From assembly GCA_011109175.1 (NCBI GenBank), contig RDEW01000029.1, forward strand, positions 282,158 through 346,157: a DNA stretch of 64,000 bases, in the 5' to 3' direction. Below, one piece after another: positions 1-12,372 of the stretch (positions are counted from its first letter, which is position 1; every line of letters begins with the position of its first letter). The notes beneath the pieces were generated by a model, which searched no databases, was not told the DNA's origin, and saw only the letters and a list, made by a program, of their open reading frames with translations. This DNA is from Dicyema japonicum (taxonomy: Eukaryota; Animalia; Dicyemida). The position numbers were made by a program, and so were the translations under genes.

Positions 1-851
1 CGTCAGAAACAAGAGTTCCAGATCGGGATTATTACCCAATGGTGTACCCCAAGGATCTCCTCTGTCACTAATCCTTTTTAATTTGTTTTTGAGTGATCTC
101 CCCGTTCCTATGAATAATAATGACATGCTACTTATGCCGATGACATAGTTGTTGCATCTAGAGACGTAAACGTCGAACATGCTAAAGAAAGACTACAAGG
201 AATACTAAATAACATATTTGGATGGTTGTGCGAGAATCGATTGAATGCATGTTCCGAAAAGTCAGCAGTCACTCTATTTACTAAGAATAGAAAGATGGGA
301 ACGCAAACAATTGATATCACGTTAAATGGAGTGCCTATACCACAAAAGAAATCGCAGAGATACTGGGAGTAACTTTTGATACTTTCCTCTGCTTCTCAGC
401 CCATGTGGAATCTATCATATCAACCTGTGCAAAGAAGATCAATTTTGTAAAGGCCTTCCTTTGGAACTGTGGAGGAATTTATCCGCCAGGTATCGGGACC
501 CTCTACAAGCAGTATGTCGAGCCAACAATAGGCTATGCATGTGCTGCATGGGGATCTAACCTGTCGGCAACGAACCTAACAAAAATTCAAGATATCCAGT
601 CAAGATCAAAAAAATTACTAGAAAAATATACAGATAAAGAAATTGCCCCCAGAGCACTCGAGTCTATCATAGAGGCAACTGGAGGCAATTTCAGAAGAGG
701 AAAGGTAAAGACCCCCGTCCGTATAGAAAATACGTGGGATCACAGTCGGAGCATCGAGAAAAAATGGCCCGATTATTGAGAGATGCCGGGATCACCTGAA
801 TATTAGTTATTGGTTAAGACGGTGTTTCTTTGGCTTAAATAATAATAATAA
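1..851 (+). mobile_element. 3' part of Ingi/Vingi-like APE-RT LINE (RT C-terminus, (TAA)n tail); inverted copy of 29797-30652
   Basis: LPNGVPQGSP.S..LFNLFL, YA/ADDIVVAS, ILGVTFD and LYKQYVEPTIGYACAAWG RT motifs; tail taataataataat at about 837-851; near-identical to reverse complement of 29797-30652. Confidence 0.85.
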
Positions 852-859
852 TCCGCCGG

Positions 860-1260
860 ATTTCCATAAAGTGACGGATTCTTGAAGATATAATTTGAAT
901 CGTCCAAATCAGTCGACTTTCAATGCGACCTGTGAATGGGTTTCTAATAATGCCATCGAAACCCTTGTATCAACAAACTTCTATAACTTCTGCCGCTGAA
1001 CATTCATGGAAACGAAGCTTTTCTATCGTGGAAAGTTCGTATCCACTAGTCGAGCCTCCACTGCGACCACCATACGGATGTAAAAGACTATATGGCAAAT
1101 CGGACCACCGGCTTCATGGCTGTGCCCTTTTCCTTCTAGACGACCACAAGACAGGCAACCTCTTTTCTTCTTGGATATACCTGACGGATCTCTGGAAGCG
1201 TCCGTTTTGGTGGTTACTTTTCTGTTTGCCACCGATTTCCTTCACTTAAGAGACCGTGGT
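860..1260 (+). mobile_element. LINE 3'-end fragment (DLW(K/E)RP family)
   Basis: ORF ends ...LTDLWKRP...; homologous copies at 29390-29780 (-) and 37330-37535 (-); same DLWERP motif as 19850-20111 and 55824-55935. Confidence 0.55.
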
Positions 1261-1329
1261 AAATAAACTCCATCTGGAGACAATCCCTCTCCCAAGCTAT
1301 ACGTTCCATTCTTGAACTTCAAAGACATA

Positions 1330-1855
1330 CAGTAAAACCTCTCGAATCCGCCGCATTTTTAAAAATATTATTTTTTTTTCATTTTCTTATTATTTTTATT
1401 TTTTTAATTCAAAAAAACTAAAGAAATTGAACTCGGAAAATCATCAACCGAGGCATGTAAAGAAATAAAAAAAGCTGAGTAGTACAACAATAATTAACTG
1501 TTTTCGACATGCTAAATGGACCCAAGATTTTATTGAAGAAATTAATGACGAGTTTCCGCCTGAAACTTATCAAGGATTCGTGTCAAGGCTGCAAATAAAT
1601 GATCCAATTCCAGAAGATGAGTTTCTTCTCTATGTGTATACAGAGAATGAAGAGATCCTGGAAAATTCGGATGAAAATGATGAAGACAAAGAATGCATTA
1701 ATGATGGAGAACAAAATAATGAACAAGTCGTTTTAGACTATGATGCAATGCATGCTGTCTATACATTGAGGAAGTACTTTAAACAGAAGGATGAAGTTAA
1801 CATAAGTGTCTTCAATCTCCTTGATGATGTTAGTAGAAACATCAATTATTAAAGC
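1330..1855 (+). mobile_element. pogo/Tigger DNA transposon relic (TIR plus transposase C-terminus)
   Basis: TA then CAGTAAAACCTC at 1328-1341 (Tigger-type TIR start); INCFRHAK motif, acidic stretch and DAMHAVYTLRKYF resemble Tigger/CENP-B C-terminus. Confidence 0.6.
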
Positions 1856-1869
1856 ACTTTCACGAAAGC

Positions 1870-4775
1870 CATAATGATTATAGCCCCGCATGTGCAACAC
1901 TCAAAGAAACAATATTTATAGTTAGTCTTTTCCATCTTCCTCTGTCGAATGCGAGTGATCTCAATTCGTCCAGGTCGTCTCCCGTCTTTAGATTTTTTCT
2001 CACACGATTTAAGTCTTTGTTTAGGGCTGTCGGAAGTGTCGATCTAGGTCGTCCGCGGAAGGGTTTTTCGCATCTGTCAAAGTAATCTTCCATCGCTTTG
2101 TTAGCGGGTGCGTCCGGGTTCATTCTTAGTACATGCCCAAATAGCCTCCACCGGGCATCTATCACATCCTTGCTGATGTAAGAACACATACACTTGTTGT
2201 AGATACCAGTGGTTGATATTCTACGTGGCCACTCCATTCCGAGTAAGCTTCTTAGTTGCCTTCTATGGAACGAATCCAGTTTTGATAGTTCTTTGAAGGA
2301 ACTTCCCCATGTCCCAGCGTTATACAGTAGGATCGGTTTCACAAACGCGTTGTAAAGCCTGCATCTGAAGTCAATTCCGAGTCCTTTGGCCTTAGCCAAC
2401 CTTTCTTCAGTGTGGCCATTGCCACGGTTGCCAGTGTTTTCCTCCTTAGTACATCTTCAGCGTCTCCTAGTAGAGAGCCGAGCTTATTGGTGCGTCTCCA
2501 TCCTTCTTGAGTGATATCGTCCTCTCTTTTAATTTCCGTGATCTCAGTTTTGTCTACATTTACGCTGAGAAACCATTTCCCTAGCTCCACAGGTTCATTT
2601 TCTAGTAGGTGTTGGAGTGCGGTCACGTCCCGTGATACAAAATCCACTTCATCCGAATAAGATGTCTCTTCTGTCTCCTATATAGCATTTACGGAGGTCG
2701 CGAAGTGCAGATTCAAGATATATGGTGAATAGTAAAAAGGAGAGGGAATCACCCTGGGGTGTCCCAATCGTTGTTTTGAAACTGCGGGAAGTTGCTCCTT
2801 CTGTCCTCACAGATAGTCTTGTGTTCGCAAGTAGTAGTCTGATTATCCTAACCGACGATTCATCCAATATTTGCTCAAGCACATTCATCAGTTTCTGTCT
2901 GTTTATTGAGTCGAAAGCTCTGGAGAGATCTATTCCCAACACGGTTGTTGCGCTTTTGAATCTTTGGTGCGTTGCGCAGCGCCATCTGTGGCTCCATACA
3001 ATGACACCCTTTATCCGGCTTAGTGCAATATTTGCCAACACCTTGCGTATCGAATTCAGAAGTATTATCGGGCGGAGATTTTCTACTGGTCCTTTTGATT
3101 TGTTCTGTTTTTGTATGGGTATTAATAATCCATTTCCAAGTCCTAGATCGGTATTAGTTTCAAAGACGTCATTTAGGGTTTTTGCAATTGTGTCGCTAAG
3201 TTTTTTTGGCCCATATTTTAGGAGCTCAGGGCTTATGTTGTCCGGCCCAGCGCTCTTGTTGTTCTTCAGTTTATTTATCGCTAATTTCACCTTTTCCACT
3301 GTGATTTTTAGCACCTTTGCTTCTCCCTGGAAAGGGGGAAAGTCCTTATTTTCTTTAACAACAGTGTTTCGAAGTGTCGTGCAATCAATTCTGCTTTTTC
3401 TTCCCGGTTACCCACGAATTTTCCATCTTTGTCTTTGATGTGAAGGGTGTTTTGTCCTTTCTTTTTCCGCAGCAGCCGCATACATCCTTGAATTGTCCTT
3501 TTAATAGAGATGTAATAATTTCCCGTGAGTGTTTTCTGTTCATTTTTTTGATTTTCCATTTTAGTTCCCTTTGTTGGATATTAAGCTCTCTTTTTTACTC
3601 TCGTCTGACGTGTTTGCCGCTTTTAGTCGTAGCTCTCTGCAATGCTATGCCATATTTGGCACGTTCGGGTGGTGATCCAATTTTAGGACGTGATGATTTC
3701 TGACTCCAAGGCATATATTGGCCGACTTGGATATTACCTGCTTTGTTTGATCCCACAGAGTTCGTACTGATGATTCCGGTGCGGTTTTCTCCATAAGAGT
3801 CTCGATTTGTTCGTGATATTTAGCTCTACAAGTGGGCTCTAACCACAATTTTTCTGTCTGAAAGTATATATTGGGCCTTTGTCTCGCCTTTTTAGCGTTT
3901 TCAATGTATTTTTTCCCAGTCAGGTGCTTTTTTACAGAAAGTTTTGCAATGACGATCCTGTGGTCGCTGTCAGTTGTTGTTCCCTGGTAGGAACGTGCAT
4001 CATTTATCAGGTGTTTATCAGACTTTCGGAAGATAATGTATTCGATTTGATTATATATTCACGGTCTACCCGACAGAGTTTTTTCTATGTCCGTACCATG
4101 TCGTCTTGTGGCAAGCTGAGTGCGTGAAGGCCATGTTGCACAGCAAAAGGCTATTTTCCTCGCAGAAGTTCACCAGAGAAGCTCCAATGCATTTCTCTTT
4201 CCGCGCTCGTGTCTTCCAATAGAGGATTCTTCGGGCCCCATTCGCATTCCGGCCTTTGCATTCATATCTCCTGCAACAAAGACAAGGGACGAAGAAGCAT
4301 TATTAGAGTATGTGTTTGATAGTTCTGAGTAGAATTCCTCGAGTTCACCGGGGTTCATGATTACTCGTCCACAGTGTGGTGCATAGACATTTATGACAGT
4401 TAATAGACTCTTGGACGGGCATAGTTCATTTAGTTTGACTTGTAGGACACATATTCGGTCGTTGACCCCTTTTTTGAGGTAATCCACGTGTAGGGCAAAT
4501 CCCATGCCGTAGTGCTTGAAAAGAATCAGTCGGTAGTTGTTCCATGTCTCATCGCGTCCATTTCGATTTTCGTCTCTTGTAGGCAGCCAATAGATATTTT
4601 GTATTTCTCGAGATCGTCACAAAGTACTTTCCTTATCTAATCTTTAGATATTCCACGTACGTTGAACGTCATTAGCCTGAGTTCTCGATTGTATAATGAG
4701 TGTTTTTCAGACATTTTTCTTAACCGTTGTACAGAAAAGAAACGAGGCACGTCACCTCACCAAAAAAAGAAACCT
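1870..4775 (-). mobile_element. RTE-clade LINE (single APE-RT ORF), degenerate copy 1
   Basis: APE motifs NVYAPH, AGDMNAK; RT motifs SAGPDNISPELLK, LRPIILL, DLSRAFDS, GTPQGDSLS; RTE-type C-terminus ARWRLFGHVLR...RGRPR...W. Confidence 0.9.
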
Positions 4776-5133
4776 CCTAGAAAAAAAAAACTTTTCTTTA
4801 TAAAATCAGTTATTTTTTTAATTTATTAAATATTAAAAATTATAATTAAACAAGCAATTTGTAAGGATTTTTTACTTATTTTATCAAAAAGATAATTTCT
4901 CAGTTTGCTCTTAAATTTTAGCACAAACCTTCTCACTTTTGGGCACTTGAAAGATTAAACGCCGGAACAGAAGGAGATAAACTGACACTGGGATCACTTA
5001 ATTAGACGATAAATAATTCTTCTTTCTGTGTTTCAGGGGTTATAATAATAAAGTTTAATTTAAGTATATTTAAATGAACCCTCTTCACAACAAACATGGT
5101 AGACGTATTTGATTTTCGTGCCTTTTATTAGTA

Positions 5134-5230
5134 CAGTACGACCTCGGTTTTGGGAACCATTTTTATTATAGTGCCCCAAAAACCGAGGGTGGACCAACCC
5201 TGGGGTCTGCCCCAAACAGGGGTAGTACTG
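5134..5230. mobile_element. 97-bp Tigger/pogo-type MITE
   Basis: TA flanks at 5132-5133 and 5231-5232; imperfect ~21-bp TIRs CAGTACGACCTCGGTTTTGGG / CAGTACTACCCCTGTTTGGGG; internal inverted copy of CCTCGGTTTT. Confidence 0.7.
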
Positions 5231-6479
5231 TAGTTTGAATTAATTGTACTGTTTTCATCTCCTTAAGGTGGAGAGCCTGTTGGTGGAGTATATAATGAGG
5301 CTCGCACTATTGAAAAAGATTTGGTTACAGCAACCAATTACCTGGTGGAATTAGCAAATCTGTTCGATGACGTGCCAGGCAACCCGGGTGAAGAGGAAAC
5401 GGATTGTTAATCTGACTAATGTGTGCTAATCTGACCATGTGATTCTGAAATGACTCTAATGATGCACATTACAAATGACCAATGATAAGTCACTATGAGT
5501 ATCGAAAAAGATGGCAAATAAATGTGAAGTACTAAGGTGTCAGTTTAAGATATGAAGGCCTATAGGAGTATCATAGGATGTCGACCGTATCAGATCTCTG
5601 TCGATCTTCTTTATTCTCAGGAAGTTGGTGCTTTGATGTTATCAACGCTTCAAGAATTGATGGTATTTATGAGTTCTTCCTCAAATGTGTGCGGGTTCTC
5701 TGGTGGGTAAAGTGGGAAGAAACAACATTTATTATTGGAAATATATGAAGCACTCTATATTCTACTAGACGGGAAAAAAGTCGCGCGATATGAACTGTGC
5801 CAGTCTTCCTGACTAGGATTTCAAAGAGACTAGGGTCTTTTACTGGGAAGGACAGTGACTAAGAACTGAAAGTCCTTGATCTTCTATGTCTTTGCTCGAT
5901 ACATTGGTAAGAGGGTACCTAAAAGAGAACAGTTTCCAAGGAACATCGTCACAAAGTTGAAATTTTTATGGCAAGAGATAGCATGTTGTCCACATGTCTT
6001 CCAAAAGTTATTAGGAAGTCAGAAGTGACTCCCAATATCTTTACATTGGTCAATAACAATAGTAGGACTTCAGAAGACAAAATATTAATAGCACAGCATG
6101 CACAGAACACATACTTCGTCTTAAAAATAAAACAGCTGTTACAAAATATAGCATATATGTCGCCCACTGTGAGCAACCATGCACAACAAAACATGTGTCA
6201 AATCATGTCAATCAATATCACGATTAATTACTGAATAAGATAATCTAGAGATAATTTATTACATCAAAATTAATTATATTTTCTTGATCATGTGCATTGG
6301 AATAATTTTTTTCACCAGATAAATGAACCTTTTTTACATTCTAACTCTACATGATGATAAACTTAAGACTTCTACATTCTCACTTTATGGACTCTCAAAT
6401 TTATTCAGCCTTTTTAGTTTTATTTATTTAACCCAAGACATGCATTCTAACAGAGACCTCATTTTTGCCCGGTGTTCTT

Positions 6480-8100
6480 CTTTCGTACCCGCGCATAAAC
6501 GTACAACCTGAATTTTCAGGGCCACCTTCCCGTGATCTGGAGTCTAGACTCATAAGGGCCTCCAGTAGCGTAGGTCCGATTCGGTGATCTTCACAAATCC
6601 AACGCTGTAAGCCCTCTTTTGCATTTCCTCAATTTTCCTCATATTTGTCCAAAATATGGACGATTCGCATGCATATGAGAAACATTGTTCGATGCACTGT
6701 TTGTACACGTTCATCAAGACTGGGTGACTCCCACTCTTCCATATCCCCGATAAAATTTTCAATACGTTCAGTTTCTTCTCGCATTTCAATAGAATGTTTT
6801 CTACGTGTGGTGTCAAACAGAGATGCATATCAATTGTCACAACCAAGATCCTTTGACATCTGTTGAAAAGATTCCGACCTTGTTTAACTTCAGGGTGACT
6901 GTCTTCCTTCCCAATCTTTTGTCAGAGGTAAATAGTGACGTAGACGACTTCTCTGTATTCGCCACGAGCCGGTTTTCCATTATCCAGGCATTAAGCCTGT
7001 CCACGTTAATTTGTGTTCCTTCTGTGACCTTCTGGATGTCCTGATCTCGCGAAGCCAACACAATATGAGAGTAGAACATCATTATCAGATTTAGAGTCGG
7101 GAGATCAGCCAGAAAGAAATTAAACAGAGCAGGAAGATAAAGAAGATCCTTGAGGGACTCCATTGGGAAGAAGCTGTGAGATTGATTTCAGACCTCCGAG
7201 GCAAACACGTCTCCTTCGTCTACTTAGAAAGTTGGTGATCCAAAGCTTTAGCTTCCCTGGGATCTCCGATTGAAATATTTTTCTCGAATCTTTTTCGAGA
7301 CTGAGTCAAAAGCTTTATGTATGTCAATCGAGCAGAGTACTGCTTTAAAGTGTCTCGACTTGGTTGTGAATCCGACTCGAATGAAGTCGGTCAATGTTTG
7401 TAAGTATGTAGACGTGGATCTCTCATTTTTGAATCCATGTTGAAAAGGCCTCTCTTTTGCCACGTTTCGAATAGCTTTCCACTCCTCTTCCCGTAGTGCG
7501 ATTTCTATTTACCTTTGTAAGCATCTGGGCCTCGAGCTCTTTGGCCTTTATTTCATATTCAATGTTCTGATCCGGAGTTTCATACCAAGGTCATCCGGTT
7601 AGATTTTTTAAGCTGATTTCTTTCTTTAATCTAGGTCGTCTTTGTTCCAAGAATTTTTGCACCATCTCTAAGAATTTTTGTTGTTCGTTACCGAGATGTT
7701 CCACAACTTTTTTGAGATCTAATTTGTTTCTCATTTCTCACGTAGGCGATATTCTGTCACATTTAAGAAGGATCCGGAGGCATTGGTTTTGTATGACCTC
7801 TAATTTGTTCTGTGTGGATAATTACAAGGGTGTACGCCGTACATGCATGTTCTATTGTAGAATATACTGTTTGTATAATAATTTGAGATGAGAAAGTGAA
7901 GATATTGGCGATCTAGCAAAGGTCTTGAGGATCCCCATCTTTTTTTGAACTTTTGAAATTATTGTGTCCACATGATGTGTGAACGTCATCAAACGGGTCA
8001 TATGTAACTCCAAGGATTGATGGGTTCTCATTAACTGGGGTAAGCTCTCCACTCCAAGTTAATTTAGGATCGAAGGATGTATGATTTCGGAGTGCGGAAA
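6480..8100 (-). mobile_element. Cluster of degenerate APE-RT LINE RT fragments (a further scrap at about 5600-5950)
   Basis: FQHGF..RSTST, SIDIHKAFDSV, LFNFFLADLP, STSLFTSDKR, ILGVTYD motifs split over frames. Confidence 0.75.
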
Positions 8101-8385
8101 AAAAGTCAAGTCCGCTAACGAAATCACGGACTTGACTTTTTTTCCGCTTTGGTTTAATCTTTTTGTTAAATATCAACTAACAAAGGAGGAAAGAAAATTT
8201 GTTTTAAGGGTTTTATGTATACAAAGCACTCGGTGACAAAAAAACTATATAATTTTTAAATATGTGAAAAAATCTTCACAAGGATGCAGAGGAAGCCTAA
8301 GAACAGATCATAATTTTGAATTTCCCAAATAAGGAATTTTTCACAATCACGAATTTGACGAAAGTCAAATAAAACTGATGAAATT

Positions 8386-11300
8386 GTGCAACGAAGCAAA
8401 ACAAGTCAAGAAAATCCCTTACAAATCTATTCAAAGGTTGTGTCTCAATGTGAAACAACAACCAGAATAATTCTCCCTTCTGCAGATTCTTTCAGGCGAA
8501 CACTAAGGAATCAACGCTTGTCTCTACATATTCCAAAAAATATTTTCGATCTCGGAGATATTCCATCGTCTTTATCTTTAACTCTTCGTCCATATTCAGA
8601 AAATTTTTTAATTTATGATAATCATAGAAGAACCGATAGAATATTAATATTCAGCACCAAAACTAATATAACGTTATTGGCGAATTCAAAATCATGGTAT
8701 ATGGATGGAAATTTCTCCATGGCACCATGTATCTTCAAGCAAATCTATTTTATCAGGATTCAGTTCAATGCCAGTGCAATTACAGTTATTTATGGAATAT
8801 TACCTTCTAAATCACGAAAGATTTACGAAGAATTTTTTGAGGCTATTCAAAATGCAATTCATAATTTGAATTTGGAATTTTGTCTTGAAACTATTATGGC
8901 AGACTTTGAAGATTCGGTATTTCGAGCTGTCTTGCAGTATTTGGGGACGAATACATATTAGAGGATGTTATTATCATCTAAGACAGTCAACCTGGAGAAA
9001 AATTCAAGAATTGCATCTAGTAAAACAATATAAAGAAAATATTAATTTTAACATTTTTTGCGCAATGATAGACGCTCTTGCGTTTTTACCCATTCAAGAT
9101 ATGGAGGAAGCAATAGAATTCCTAATGAATAATATGCCAGAAAATGTTTCAGATTCAAAATATATATTAGATTATTTTGATAGAACATATGTTCGCGGTT
9201 ATTATCGTTGCTTAAATGATCGAGAAAATCCCATAGCTGTTAGAATACAGCACATTGCTCCATTGTTTCCTCCAAATTTTTGGAATGTGTATGAAGCTAC
9301 ACTCAATAATAAACAAAGAACAAATAACTATTGTGAAGGGTGGAACAATAAATTATGGTTCCCATTCAAAATGGCCTCCGATAAATTTTCTCAGGTTTTG
9401 GATAAGTTCATCAATAAACATCACGAGATATTTTACCAAGGTCCTCGACATCTTTAGGTAGAAAAGTCATCTTTTTTAAATCTTATAAAAATTGATTTTA
9501 AGGGGTCCTATGGGTAAGCGGAACATTTTACCAAGGTCCTCGACATCTTTAGGTAGAAAAGTCATTTTTTTTAATATTTTTATTTAACTTTAAAATGAAA
9601 TATTTATTTTCAAAAGGAAAAAAGGAAAATGATTATGAATATTAATAGAATACATATTCTACTAAGTTAAATATATATTCTGTCAAATCCATATTAAGTA
9701 ATATTTGTTCTTCAACAAATCTCAATATATTCTCAGATAATGCGATATATTTAGTTTTTTCTAAGAATTTAATCATTATGCCTTCTTCTTTTATCAATTT
9801 CTTTACAAAATTTCTTGGCGTCTTGTTTAGTGCCCCAAATTTACTTCCAAAAACGTTGTGCCAGCCTTCAATTTAGTTATTTGTCCGAGGTAAGTCCTCA
9901 TATAAATTATCCAGATTATTCCAAATAATTAATTGGATATCTTGGAATTAATGCATTTTCTTGATTTCCGATATAATTGATCGAAAAATATTGATATAAT
10001 GGATTTAGAATCTCGGGAAAATCTGATCTCGACACTATCCAATCAAAAGTGTTCTTTACAGTATGTGTAGGAATAAAGGAGAGGCATTTCAACAGTTTTA
10101 CAAATCTATCGTTAATTTTAAATCACATTTAACCTATTTATATCTTCATTATTTATGTCGTTGAAATTCTTAGTTCCAATATTTTTTATTAATATTTTGT
10201 CCTAGATGGAACAGATGGCACATGCAGCAATTTATCCGTGCGTTTGGAAATGATTTTAGAAAAGAGTTTATTGCTCCTTTTTCAAAATCTGAGACAATAA
10301 CTCTTGGTTCTAAATCCGGAATGAGACGTTAATTATTTGAAGCATTGTGTCATATTCATTTTCAGTTTTTGATTTAAAAGACAGAATATTATTGGAATTA
10401 CATGGTGATTAATTATTACCGATATTGTGAATAATTGCTTCCAAGGAAGAGGGCAGACAGAAAAAGTCCCATCAATAGACCATATTTTATGATTTTTTAA
10501 CGGTGTCGTCATTTCAGAATTAAAAAAAATAACCATATTTGTCTCAACATCTGATAAGTTAATCATTAATATACCAATATTTTGGCGAAAACTGTGTCCA
10601 AACTGATAGAATCTATGCCCTCGTAAGGTATACATTAAATTCTCCTCAATACTAAGAACTGAATCATCACTTTCGTGTGGGATACTTTTTCTTGTTCTAT
10701 TAATCAGTTGTTCCAGAGAAGAATGAGTCCCTGTCAAAGCAATAGTTGTCAAATTTTGTCCAAGCAGAGAATTATTAATTATCTGTCTAGGACTCATATC
10801 ACATAAAAGTGATTTCTGCTTTTGACAAATTCACTCCTTGGAAGATGATTATGTTGCTTCCGACTCCAAACTTCACCACAGTATTGAATTGTTTTTACAG
10901 ATCCAGGTCAAGTACGATCTGAGCACCTCCAATATGTGATATGTCTCTTCCTGTATTTTAAATGATACAGATTTCCATCATGTTCTAAACTTCTATTTCC
11001 CTTCTGGTTAACGAAAAACGGCATGCAATAGTATATAATTAATTAAATTATTCAAAAGTTTTATTTTAATAAAAGAAATTAAAAGAGATAATAACTCATT
11101 AAATTTCGTTTTAATATAAATAATTAATTTTTATTTCGAAGTCAATTAGTATCTTAAAATCATAAGGTTTGGAGGACCTTGGTAAAATGTTCCGCTCACC
11201 CATAAGACCCTTTAAAATCAATTTTTATAAAATTTAAAAAGATGACTTTTTTACCTAAAGATGCCGAGGACCTTGGTAAAAAGTTCCACTTACCCATAGG

Positions 11301-11560
11301 ACCCCTTAAAATCAATTTTTATAAGATTTAAAAAAGATGTCTTTTTTTACCTAAAGATGTCGTTTCGCTAAAATCTCGTGATGTTTATTGATGAACTTAC
11401 CCAAAACCTAAAAAATTAATTGGAGGCCATTTTGAATGGACACGTAAATTATACAATTTGGCGGGATATCGTCATTCCAAAAAGAAGAAAAAATGACGAA
11501 AACTATTATTAACCAGGATTCCTTTGGAAAAAAAATTTCAACAAGAACAAATAAAAAAAC
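8386..11560 (+). mobile_element. MULE (Mutator) transposase relic, host element interrupted at 9357-11444
   Basis: YMDGNFS..P..F.Q, ADFE, GCYYHLRQ, YFDRTYV, RTNNYCEGWNNKL; frame resumes after the insertion as LYNLAGYRH. Confidence 0.8.
9357..11444 (-). mobile_element. FLYWCH-MULE element with long tandem-repeat TIRs, nested in another MULE
   Basis: TAAATTAT duplicated at 9349-9356 and 11445-11452; inverted ends 9357-9580 vs 11170-11444 containing 94-bp units; degenerate ORF from ATG 11024 with YWRC..HNH, IDGTF, SDFEKG, RTNN*IEGWHN. Confidence 0.85.
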
Positions 11561-11699
11561 GATTGATAGACAAAAAAGGCTTTTAAATATATGTCTGGAT
11601 CGCTAGGTCGGAAAAAAACAGTAGGAGAAGCCCTAAAAGCAATTGCATGGAATATTAAACATTCTTTTGATTCACATTAAATAATCCCCTGATTCACGT

Positions 11700-12273
11700 T
11701 AAATAAAAATCATTTCATGTGTCAGGATTAATTTCTAGTGTATGTTGTATGGGAATCTGTTTGAGTTTCCGTAGTGTTCTCCATAAGGATGATGTCTTTG
11801 TGTGTCTGTCTACAGACATCAAAGCAGCCTCCCATTTTTTTGTTTTTATTTCTGATCCTTTTGGTAATTTCCTTATTCAGATCTGTAATTTCCGTATTCA
11901 AGGATGTTGTTTTATCAATAGTTTTCTTTAGTTTATTTTTTCTTGCAATGAGGACCCTCGTTTCCGGAGCACGTAATATCCAGGAAACGTTGGAGTTAAA
12001 TCTTTATGAGTAAACTTGGACTCTTGAATTAAAGCAATATCCACTGAGTTGGACTGAAAAAATCGTAAGTTCAATAATCTTTGTTCGAATTCCATTTATG
12101 CTGATTTGGGCAATAATCAATAGCGGTCCTGGATTCGGTTTGACATCGCCGGAAATAAGTAGTAATGCACGACACCATCCACGTCTCAATGAAGAAGGGA
12201 TAGGAATTTTGCGGCTCTTTTTCACATAAATTGTGCAATGCCACCACATCGTAGGTGAGCCACGTAACATTAC
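11700..12273 (-). mobile_element. Internally deleted 5' end of Ingi/Vingi-like LINE (ribozyme, 2A-like motif, APE start, linker)
   Basis: GDVKPNPGP followed by IAQISINGIRTKIIEL; TPTFPGYYVLR; linker SSLWRTLRKLK. Confidence 0.7.
12211..12273 (-). ncRNA. HDV-like ribozyme fold, degenerate (J4/2 C apparently lost)
   Basis: P1 AAUGUUA/UGGCAUU, P2 GUGGCUC/GAGCCGC, P3 ACC/GGU, P4 CACA/UGUG; folded by eye. Confidence 0.5.
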
Positions 12274-12372
12274 TTCAACTATTCATATTTTATTAATAAA
12301 AATAATATTAAAATTTTTATAATAAATTTAATTTAAAATAAAAAAAGTTTCTTAGATATAATAATAAGTGTA

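Noticed and set aside
2722-3438. Long antisense ORFs over LINE RT and dynein regions (also 27612-27929, 20689-20973, 48755-49129, 15054-15374)
   Set aside because: Shadow ORFs on the opposite strand of real coding sequence, with no recognisable domains.
9433-11365. 94-bp repeats as a CRISPR array
   Set aside because: Units are directly tandem with no unique spacers, lie inside MULE TIRs, and the context is eukaryotic with no cas genes.
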